From the NCBI RefSeq assembly GCF_021869535.1, contig NW_026262723.1:14012001-14076000 (forward strand): DNA of 64,000 nucleotides, written 5' to 3'. A program made the position numbers and the translations under genes. The notes under the pieces are model-generated. The model ran no database searches, was not told where the DNA came from, and saw nothing but the letters and a program-made list of their open reading frames with translations. Position 1 is the stretch's first letter. Each line of letters opens with the position of its first letter. Shown here in pieces: positions 52,252-59,640 of the stretch. Source of the stretch: Mytilus californianus (Eukaryota).

Positions 52252-52503
52252 ATGGGTAAAAGTAAACGCAACAATTATACAAAATTCACCAGGTATGCTG
52301 GTTCGGGTCAAGAATGAATTAATGAATATCGTCAGAAGATGGAACTCTATGAAAAACAAGATAAACTCAGAGACCGTTTGGAGAAGAGAAAGGCTGAAGA
52401 GATTAAAGAACAAGAAGCTGAAAAGATCTTAGCGATGATGGAATTCACCAAAAATTATTACAGGATTTTACAACACCTCAGCAAGCTAGGATTAAATAAA
52501 TGA
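52252..52503 (+). pseudogene. Small basic/coiled-coil ORF with one premature TGA (52315-52317)
   Basis: MGKSKRNNYTKFTRYAGSGQE*INEYRQKMELYEKQDKLRDRLEKRKAEEIKEQEAEKILAMMEFTKNYYRILQHLSKLGLNK*; fills the gap between polB and the protease and is preceded by TATAAATAAAGTAATG. Confidence 0.6.
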
Positions 52504-52919
52504 GCAGCATACGTGTGCACAACATAACCCTTCCCAATAAACCTCTTTCGAATGTAGACCTTGTGAAAGCCACCAAGGACCTAGGAATCCCATGTTTCAG
52601 AGGGGTGTTCATGCGAGATACCCTACCACCCAGCCCGCGCCGCATCGAATGTGGAATCTTGAATCACGATAGCTGGGAAGGTCCTGGAACGCATTGGACC
52701 TGCTGGTATAAACGTGGGCCGGTAAAGTATTACTTTGACTCCTATGGATTGCCACCGCCTGACGAGATGGTGAACTACTTACAGCCTGAAATTCGATATA
52801 GCACGGATGAATTACAGCAGCGAGGCTCGGTGATGTGTGGTCACTTTTGTCTGTACGTGTTGAATATGCTGTCGGCGGGGAAGTCGCTAGAGGACGCGGT
52901 CTTCTCACTCTATAAATAA
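52500..52919 (+). CDS. Adenain-like cysteine protease (139 aa)
   Basis: Catalytic pattern GTHW...YFDSYG...QQRGSVMCGHFC (H/D/Q/C) as in adenoviral and Polinton maturation proteases. Confidence 0.92.
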   Translation: MSSIRVHNITLPNKPLSNVDLVKATKDLGIPCFRGVFMRDTLPPSPRRIECGILNHDSWEGPGTHWTCWYKRGPVKYYFDSYGLPPPDEMVNYLQPEIRYSTDELQQRGSVMCGHFCLYVLNMLSAGKSLEDAVFSLYK

Positions 52920-53396
52920 ATGGATAAGTTTGGATCTCATGCAAGAAAGCGCGCATCCCTTTGGCGAATGCTGCAGGATTTGGATATGAACGACAATCGC
53001 ATTACTAGCCTAGGACAACCCAAGGACAGCTCGGATGCTGTGACAAAACGGTGGGTGACCCAACAGTTAAAAGATGGTATGAAAGATCTTGACGAGCTAG
53101 AATCGGTGTGCAAACAGATTCAGATGACCATCAAGCGACTGGAAAGGGACTTTGAATCATCGAGCAAAGAACTCACCAAAAAGCTTATGGCCGTAGAAAA
53201 TGGTAAAGTCGACAAGTCAGAATGCGTCTCAACCAACGGTGGTAAGATGAAAATAGACTTGGACATGCAAAAGTTTCACGTGCTGAATCTCCCACTCCCA
53301 CGAACTGACAACGAACCCATCACCAAAGCCCTTTACGATCGTCTACAGTCGGATTTGGATGCATTGAGGGTTTTTGTCGAATTGAAGCATGCTTAG
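52920..53396 (+). CDS. Hypothetical protein with two fibre-like repeats (158 aa)
   Basis: LDMNDNRITSLGQPKDSSDAVTKRWV and LDMQKFHVLNLPLPRTDNEPITKALYD separated by a coiled-coil; resembles phage tail-fibre-type DM-x4-I-x-NL-x2-P-x4-DA-x-TK-x-YV repeats. Confidence 0.6.
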   Translation: MDKFGSHARKRASLWRMLQDLDMNDNRITSLGQPKDSSDAVTKRWVTQQLKDGMKDLDELESVCKQIQMTIKRLERDFESSSKELTKKLMAVENGKVDKSECVSTNGGKMKIDLDMQKFHVLNLPLPRTDNEPITKALYDRLQSDLDALRVFVELKHA

Positions 53397-53406
53397 TTTT
53401 CCAAAT

Positions 53407-53436
53407 CTTTCCAGTCTCAAGGTTGAGACCGGAAAG
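53407..53436. terminator. Hairpin between convergent genes (candidate 3'-end signal)
   Basis: CTTTCCAGTCTCAA-GG-TTGAGACCGGAAAG: 14-bp arms with one mismatch, between the stops at 53396 and 53448. Confidence 0.6.
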
Positions 53437-53447
53437 GTTGTTGAGGA

Positions 53448-54863
53448 TTATTGTAGATCTGATTGTGGGACCCACGAGTTAAAATTCTTAGGATAACCCT
53501 TCCACTTTACAAACACCTCATTAATCCCGTTCTTGGTTCGCCTGCGGAGGATCTTCTCTATGCGGTAGACGTCCTGATCAGTCTTTTGAAGTTCGGGCTC
53601 ATAGAAGGATCCCTGAATTTCCTCGCCACTAAAATCCTTGAGGCGATAGGTGGGCGGCTGAGTGTTCAACACTAGGGAAATGGTAAATACTTCCTCGGTC
53701 CATCGGGGTGTGTATCCCTTCTCGAATGTACCTTTCTTCTTGGTGATTCGGACTTTGTCGCCAGCATGAAATCGCGGTGGTTTTATGGGAGGTATGCTGC
53801 CGTAAAGGTTCCAATACACCTTGTTTTCATGCTCCTTATGACTTGCGGCGACAGGGGTCATTTTGATGGATCGGTGCTTGGTGGTATTGTACTGGCGAAC
53901 AAGATTATCCAAAACATTGATGTAGGTGCGTGTAGAGTTGGCCGAGAAATATTTGAACATTTTCTCTTTCATGGTGCGATTCCAGCGCTCAACCACACTC
54001 GACTTCTCCTCATTTTCGGTGGAGTAGAGCTCAATATCATGCTTTTGAAGCAGCTGATTTACATCCTTGTTGTAAAACTCAGTGCCTTTGTCTGTCCAAA
54101 GCTTCTTGGGCATACGCTCCTTGAACACCGCTTGAAAGGCATCCCGCACCGTCACCCCCTTCTTGTTTTTGAGTGGTATCAACCAGCCATATTTGGAGAA
54201 GACATCGATGATGCTCAGGATGAACTTATTTCCCTTGTTGTCCCTAGAAAAGGCACTCATATCAACAAGGTCGGCCGCCCAGGTCTCATCCACACCACCC
54301 ACTACCACACGGCGTTTCTGAAACTTACGTCGAACTGGTTTGTGCAACTCCTCAGCTAAATCATCGGTCCAGCGAACTTTTTTTTTAATACCCAGACCGA
54401 ATCGAGCTTTGGTACCGATGATGGGTCCGACGATGCTGCGGTCCATGCGTTCGCAAGTAGTAGGGTTGGGAATGGTGTTAAGCGAGGCTAGCATAGCTTT
54501 GTCACAGATGGAGTTGCGTGAAGCGGTATCCTTATGCTGGGCATAACAGAGATCGTGGTGATAGGCAGCCTGGTCCACTCGATTAATGGGTTTTGACCAA
54601 GCCTTCGGGGTGCCATCGGGGAGTAGTCGCTTGCTAAGTTTAGTCCCTGGCCCGGTGAAGTTGTGTCCGGGGAGATGCATTTCCATGGGTAATCGGTTGA
54701 TTAGTTTTTTCATAAACCCTGCACCGGTTGTAGCAACAAACTGAGACTTATTGGCACCGCACACCTTGCAGTTGCCAACCTTCCTCCGTCGCCCGTTGAT
54801 GGTATTTGTTTCACCAGGGTTAACTGTGTCCGTCTTCCTACGACATTTCACGCAGAAGATCAT
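53448..54863 (-). CDS. int: Zn-ribbon / parvovirus-type phospholipase A2 / retroviral-type DDE integrase / chromodomain fusion protein (~471 aa)
   Basis: N-terminal CVKC...CKVC; HNFTGPG and AAYHHDLCY (PLA2 Ca-loop and HD dyad); ADLVDM, WTDKGTEF and VERWNRTMK (D,D,E); C-terminal IEKILRRR...VFVKWKGY...NSWVP chromodomain. ATG at 54863 follows a minus-strand TAAATAAA. Confidence 0.92.
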   Translation of the reverse strand: MIFCVKCRRKTDTVNPGETNTINGRRRKVGNCKVCGANKSQFVATTGAGFMKKLINRLPMEMHLPGHNFTGPGTKLSKRLLPDGTPKAWSKPINRVDQAAYHHDLCYAQHKDTASRNSICDKAMLASLNTIPNPTTCERMDRSIVGPIIGTKARFGLGIKKKVRWTDDLAEELHKPVRRKFQKRRVVVGGVDETWAADLVDMSAFSRDNKGNKFILSIIDVFSKYGWLIPLKNKKGVTVRDAFQAVFKERMPKKLWTDKGTEFYNKDVNQLLQKHDIELYSTENEEKSSVVERWNRTMKEKMFKYFSANSTRTYINVLDNLVRQYNTTKHRSIKMTPVAASHKEHENKVYWNLYGSIPPIKPPRFHAGDKVRITKKKGTFEKGYTPRWTEEVFTISLVLNTQPPTYRLKDFSGEEIQGSFYEPELQKTDQDVYRIEKILRRRTKNGINEVFVKWKGYPKNFNSWVPQSDLQ

Positions 54864-54869
54864 CGTTAT

Positions 54870-54885
54870 TTTATTTAAATAAATG
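54870..54885. promoter_or_regulatory. Bidirectional TAAATAAA palindrome at the divergent integrase/ATPase junction; representative of the recurrent TAAATAAATG motif
   Basis: TTTATTTAAATAAA (54870-54883) is a perfect palindrome. Exact TAAATAAATG occurs at 52493, 52913, 54876, 56731, 57506 and 58089. Confidence 0.65.
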
Positions 54886-55431
54886 AACGTCGAAGACATT
54901 TCCTACAGTGTCAACGCTCCCAAGAGGAGCAATCACTACCTCCTACCGCAGCGGTCGATCAGAGGGTTGATCATTGGGAAGTCGGACTGTGGTAAAACAA
55001 CGCTGTTGAACAACCTACTCCTGCGCGATGGATGGCTCGACTACGATCGATTGTACGTCTTCGGAAAATCGCTTCACCAGCCCATCTACCAGCTGTTGCA
55101 GCAAGCGCTGGGAAAAGGCTTCCCTAAGGAAGATATCCGAGACCTCCTACAGTGTAAGAGCAATTCACCCTACTCGTTGATCGATGTGGTCGACGCCTTA
55201 CCACCACCACGACACCCGAGTGGTATCAACACTTATTTCTTCGAGCAAGGGAGCGATGTACCAGACCCCCAGGAACTTGATCCCAGCCGAAACAACCTCA
55301 TGGTGTTCGACGACTTGATGCTGAGCAAACAGAACACGTGTTCAACGCAAAAAGCCAGAGCAAGTTTGGTTAAACAATCTAATCTCCGGCTCTGGTATCA
55401 AAACCATCCACGACTTCGTCCAACGCTATAA
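54883..55431 (+). pseudogene. FtsK/A32-like packaging ATPase, C-terminally truncated
   Basis: Walker A GKSDCGKT and Walker B LMVFDD. Similarity stops after KQNTC (~55341); the expected RGRH motif and C-terminal half are missing. Confidence 0.85.
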
Positions 55432-55442
55432 ATAAATACATT

Positions 55443-56581
55443 ATGTCTAACATTCCGAAAGTTATCTCGTGGTAGAAGGTCGACTTCTCAAGAATGATGA
55501 CACAGCATATGCCGATGGCGATCTTGTGTCGCTCACCCATAATGGTATCATGTATCTCTTCAAGAGCATCAGTTACAGGCTTTCCGGTCAGCAGATCGAA
55601 CATATTAACGACCCCGGCATTGCCACCACTATGCTGGGAATGTTAACCTACCCCGACGACTTCTCCAAATCGCAGGGTCTCAACCAACTGTGGTATAAGG
55701 ATTCTTCCATCGATGCTGAGGCTGAGAACACTGGATTTGCAGCCCGCCATGGATACATTATCACCAAGCCCACCAACAAAGGATCGTTTTCGTTTGCCAT
55801 CCCCCTAAAACATATTTTTGGATTCGCAGATGATTACAACAAAATAGTGTACGGGTTCAGACACAAACTCTCACTCGTTCGCGATTCAAATGCTAATGCC
55901 ATTTTGAGAGCAGCTGCCGTCAACGATCCGGCAAAGATCGTCCTGAATAAACTATCGTGGTTCGTCCCTCACATCACCCCCTCAGACGAAAATAAGATGC
56001 AACTGTACAAAACCATCCAAAGTAAATCCAAGATCCACTGTGGATTTCGCATGAGACAGTGTGATTCCATAGCCGTTCCCCAAGCCTCACAGTTTAACTG
56101 GCGCCTAGCTGCCAAGAGTGGTCGCGAAAAGCCTAGATATATCATTGTTGCCTTCCAAACCGACAAAAGTGGTGACCAAACCCATAATGCTGCCGTGTTC
56201 GATCACTGTCGATTGCGAAATATCCATGTCACCCTCAACGCTGAACGTTATCCAGCAGTCGACTATAATGCAGCTTTCAACGAAAATAGGATCGCCAGAG
56301 TGTTCAAAGAGGCCTCCGACTTCAGAAAGAAATTCCATAACATGGACAGTCTCCTCAGTAATGGTGGGATTAATCCCTCTGATTTCATCGACTTGTACCC
56401 CTTGTTTGTGATTGATGTGAGTCATCAGTCTGAGCGTCTCAAAGAATCCACGGTGGATATTCAGATCAGAGCCGAATTCGCCCGTAATGTTCCAGCCAAC
56501 ACCGAGGCGTATGCACTTGTCATTTCCGACAGAATCCTACAGTTTGAATCCGATGGTCAAAAGATGAACGTTGTGTACTAA
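55443..56581 (+). pseudogene. Double jelly-roll major capsid protein with N-terminal deletion and frameshift
   Basis: ATG at 55443 (MSNI) is out of frame with SESYLVVEGRL...PGIATTMLG...IPLKHIFGFADDYNK...KPRYIIVAFQT...YPLFVIDVS (open frame 55469-56581), motifs typical of Polinton MCP. Confidence 0.88.
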
Positions 56582-56587
56582 AAGTAA

Positions 56588-56737
56588 ATGGATAAAATTC
56601 ACCTACAACTCCTCTTTGCCAGTCACCCCGCCGAAGTCTATGCGATCGTAGTGAAGGCTAGTAAACAACTCAAGGAGCAGTATGACGGTATCGAAGAGTG
56701 GAAGCAAAAATATGTGACAATGGTCTACCATAAATAA
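56588..56737 (+). CDS. Small hypothetical protein (49 aa)
   Basis: MDKIHLQLLFASHPAEVYAIVVKASKQLKEQYDGIEEWKQKYVTMVYHK*; starts in TAAATG and its stop abuts the penton ATG, exactly filling the gap. Confidence 0.6.
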   Translation: MDKIHLQLLFASHPAEVYAIVVKASKQLKEQYDGIEEWKQKYVTMVYHK

Positions 56738-57508
56738 ATGGATAACACATTGTTGCAGCAAATTGCTAATAACACCGACCCAAAGCATGGGTTTTCCTTC
56801 ATCGTCTCTGGAAACGATAACCAAATCCTTACCCGGTTCAACCCCCCACTACAACTCAAGGAATCTAAGACCTACGAAATGGCATTAGTAAACCTGGAAA
56901 CCTATAACTCCATCCCCAACATTCATACAGGTAACAATTCCTTCCGCTACTCCCCCGACGATGGTGCCAACTGGTTTCCCATCGCACTAAGCACAGGTTC
57001 CTATGACATCGAAGACATCAACAATGAGATCCAGCGGCGGCTGCGGCTCAACAAACACAAAACGAAGATCATCATCGATGCCAACCGGGCAACCCTAAGA
57101 GCAACGCTGACCCTCGCCAGACACTATCAAGTAGACTTCAACGTTGTCAATAGCATCAACACCGTCTTGGGATTCGAGCGGCAGATTTACACGTTCGATA
57201 TGATCACAAACGGCTATACGGAAGGGGAACACATTGTAAATATCATCAGCATCAACAGCATTCTGGTGAATAGTGATATCATCCATGGAAGTTATGTAAA
57301 TGGTACACAGCAGTCTACCATCTACAGCTTTTTTCCCGCAGACGGTCCTGGTATGAAGATCATTCAAACCCCAAAGAATCTAGTATACTTGCCGGTGACC
57401 TTGCGAACCATCAATCGCATGCAAACGTATCTCACCGATCAAGATGGTAGGCCCATCGATTTCAGGGGTGAACATCTCACCATCCGCTTTCATCTTCGTG
57501 AGGTATAA
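56738..57508 (+). CDS. Minor capsid protein (penton, single jelly-roll; 256 aa)
   Basis: FNPPLQL...YEMALVNLETYNSIPNI...GSYDIEDIN...LGF...INSILVNSDII..SYVNG...IYSFFP...YLPV...LTDQDGRPIDFRGE..TIRFHLR is typical of the Polinton minor capsid. Confidence 0.88.
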   Translation: MDNTLLQQIANNTDPKHGFSFIVSGNDNQILTRFNPPLQLKESKTYEMALVNLETYNSIPNIHTGNNSFRYSPDDGANWFPIALSTGSYDIEDINNEIQRRLRLNKHKTKIIIDANRATLRATLTLARHYQVDFNVVNSINTVLGFERQIYTFDMITNGYTEGEHIVNIISINSILVNSDIIHGSYVNGTQQSTIYSFFPADGPGMKIIQTPKNLVYLPVTLRTINRMQTYLTDQDGRPIDFRGEHLTIRFHLREV

Positions 57509-57512
57509 ATAA

Positions 57513-58091
57513 ATGACTTATCACGAACATGGTTTGAGTTTGACAAAAGGTCAAGCTGATAAACTACAACGGGCTGCCAAAAAAGGTTGTCCGGTCTCCA
57601 TTCGTTTGTCCCACGCAAACCTGCAAGGTGAACACAAGATGTTGCTCACCACCCGCCAGGTTCAAAAGATCGCCAAGCTCCTACAAAAGGGTACTGGTGG
57701 TATGGTCCTAGAGTTGAGTGCGACCTAATTGAAGGAAAACATGCAGAAGGTGGGTGGCTTCCTACCCATGTTGTCGGGGCTGGCAATGAGGGCACTCCCC
57801 ATGTTAGCAAAAACCATTCTACCCGCCTTGGGTGTTGGAGCCTTGAGTGGTCTTGGTGGTGTAGCCGTCAACAAGGCCTTAGGGTCTGGATTGTACCTGA
57901 AACGTGGTGGATGCGTTTGCACCGTGAAACCTAGTGGCAACGGTCTCTACCTCAAACCTTCAAACGCCCAGATCACCTATGGTGATGGACTCTACTTGAA
58001 GCGTGGTCAGCAATTCCACGACGGAGCTGGTCTAATCTTAGGTGCTAACAGCCCCTTCAAAAATATTCCCCTCCTCGGTATGCTCCTATAA
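57513..58091 (+). pseudogene. Putative protease-processed core/membrane-lytic protein with one premature TAA (57726-57728)
   Basis: Track ORFs 57513-57728 and 57729-58091 are in the same frame. Amphipathic segment GGFLPMLSGLAMRALPMLAKTILPALGVGALSGLGG and repeated G-x-G-L-Y-L-K motifs. Confidence 0.7.
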
Positions 58092-58095
58092 ATAA

Positions 58096-58605
58096 ATGGA
58101 TGATTTAGATTCTGGATACCGACAGACCAGAGTCGAATGTATGGAAGATCAACTCAACGCGGATATACATAAGTATCAACATACCTTGAAGATCTACAAA
58201 CGTCTGGACAAAGTTGCATCTGTAGCACTGGGTGCTTGTTCTGTGGGCAGTTTGGTGTTAACCAGCTGCACCATGGGTTCAGCTTTGACCGGTATAGGTA
58301 TTATAGCCTCCCTTCCCCTAGGATCCCTTGCGTGCTTGAGTGCCACTGGCGTGATGGTACTCACACTAATCTCAAGGCGTATCATGAAAAAGAAGAAAAA
58401 ACACCGCGACACCTTGCAATTGGCACAGTCCACAAAATTTTTGGTTGAACAATGTATTAGTACTGCTTTGGCTGATGATGAACAAATTGATGATGCTGAG
58501 TTTGGGAAAATCACCACCTGCCTCAAAAACTACTACGATGAAAAAGATAAGCTCCGACAACCTTCCACCACTTTTAGTGAGGACCTTAATGCGCATGCGC
58601 CGTAA
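58096..58605 (+). CDS. Putative membrane protein (169 aa)
   Basis: Long Gly/Ala/Ser-rich hydrophobic stretch (VASVALG...VMVLTLI), followed by KKKKKH..TLQLAQS and ISTALADDEQIDDAEF, similar to small membrane ORFs of animal Polintons. Confidence 0.7.
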   Translation: MDDLDSGYRQTRVECMEDQLNADIHKYQHTLKIYKRLDKVASVALGACSVGSLVLTSCTMGSALTGIGIIASLPLGSLACLSATGVMVLTLISRRIMKKKKKHRDTLQLAQSTKFLVEQCISTALADDEQIDDAEFGKITTCLKNYYDEKDKLRQPSTTFSEDLNAHAP

Positions 58606-58705
58606 AAAACGTCACACATCATTCCGTTACACTTCACTCCACACATCGTTTCACGATGTGCTCCATTCCGCTTCACTTCATGATGTGCGACGTTTCAAGC
58701 ATAAA

Positions 58706-58753
58706 AAAAAACTTTTCCAATCCGGCAGAAATGTCGGATCGGAAAAATTTTTT
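58706..58753. terminator. 22-bp-stem hairpin with GAAA loop between convergent genes
   Basis: AAAAAACTTTTCCAATCCGGCA-GAAA-TGTCGGATCGGAAAAATTTTTT; three non-Watson-Crick positions, each G.U-compatible on one strand or the other. Confidence 0.6.
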
Positions 58754-58788
58754 GTACCCCACCCGGCCCATTATTTTTTTTTTTGGAC

Positions 58789-59151
58789 TTAATTTCTCAC
58801 AAGGTCGTAAGAGAAGTACTCCTGCTTGGTCTTTTTGCTGACTTTAAAGCCTGTACTTCTCACGAAGGCTCCTACCATGGGTCCTGTCTCTCTGTTCAGT
58901 CCACTGCAGGCCCACACCCTATTCGTTTCTCCTTCTCTGTTTTTCAAGGTGAGGATCTTACTCTTTCCAAACTTACCATCTACTTCCACCACTTCCAGGA
59001 TTTTATAGATCACACCGGTTGAGAGTTCCTTCCATTTCAGGGTTTCCAGGCTCTGATCCTTTGCCTTTTCCTCGAAAACATTATCGTTCATAAAATCGTT
59101 GTCTACGATTTGTGGACTTCTGAGTTCCTCCATCTTTTGTACGAAAGCCAT
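58789..59151 (-). CDS. Hypothetical protein (120 aa), possible OB-fold ssDNA-binding protein
   Basis: Intact ORF starting at the inner edge of the right TIR; beta-rich pattern IYKILEVVEVDGKFGKSKILTL...VWA. Fold call is inference only. Confidence 0.6.
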   Translation of the reverse strand: MAFVQKMEELRSPQIVDNDFMNDNVFEEKAKDQSLETLKWKELSTGVIYKILEVVEVDGKFGKSKILTLKNREGETNRVWACSGLNRETGPMVGAFVRSTGFKVSKKTKQEYFSYDLVRN

Positions 59152-59161
59152 ATTTTGTTTC

Positions 59162-59239
59162 TACCCTAGGATTACATCCTTCTAAGGTGTTTGGGTTTTG
59201 TGCTAAACTGAAAGACATTCTTGTTTTTACCCTTAGGCT
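59162..59239. repeat. Right terminal inverted repeat
   Basis: Reverse complement of 48136-48213. Confidence 0.92.
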
Positions 59240-59369
59240 AATTGAAACGTATTGCGTTTGCATTTTATGTTTGGGGTTGGGGTTCCTATGCTGAATCTGT
59301 GCTTAAAATGGCAAGTGCCGCAGAATCGGCCTATTGACACTACTTGGATATAAGCAATTATACCCATTC

Positions 59370-59640
59370 TTCATTCACGTAAGAGGAGATTTTAGAGAAT
59401 CACAAATCCGTTCCTCACTTCTTTGGTATAAACAATTAAAAGAACGCCTTTAGTATGAGCATAAAAAGGGACGATGGAAATCTCTCATCTTATTTATACG
59501 GGATAACTAAACTTCACAAAAATCTTTATAAAGAACTATATATATATAGCCGGGTCGTTAATATATATATTCGACTAAACATCTCTCTTAAGTTATTACA
59601 TCCTGTCTACAGTAAAAGATGACTGTGGTGCGGTATATTC
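59370..59640 (+). pseudogene. Decayed Penelope-like retroelement fragment
   Basis: Broken frames give EEILENHKSV..FGI and a TKLHKN..K...IAGS...STK-like segment typical of the pre-RT region. Confidence 0.5.

Larger units (their letters stand above)
48136..59239. mobile_element. Polinton/Maverick (adintovirus-type) endogenous viral element, ~11.1 kb, partly defective
   Basis: TIRs with 5'-AG...CT-3' ends; encodes pPolB, adenain protease, retroviral-type integrase, packaging ATPase, double jelly-roll MCP and penton. Less AT-rich than the flanks. Confidence 0.96.

Noticed and set aside
52315-57728. Stop-codon readthrough or an alternative genetic code in the Polinton
   Set aside because: The two internal stops are different codons (TGA, TAA), each one substitution from a plausible sense codon (TGG, CAA); both codon types also end intact genes, and deletions show the copy is decaying.
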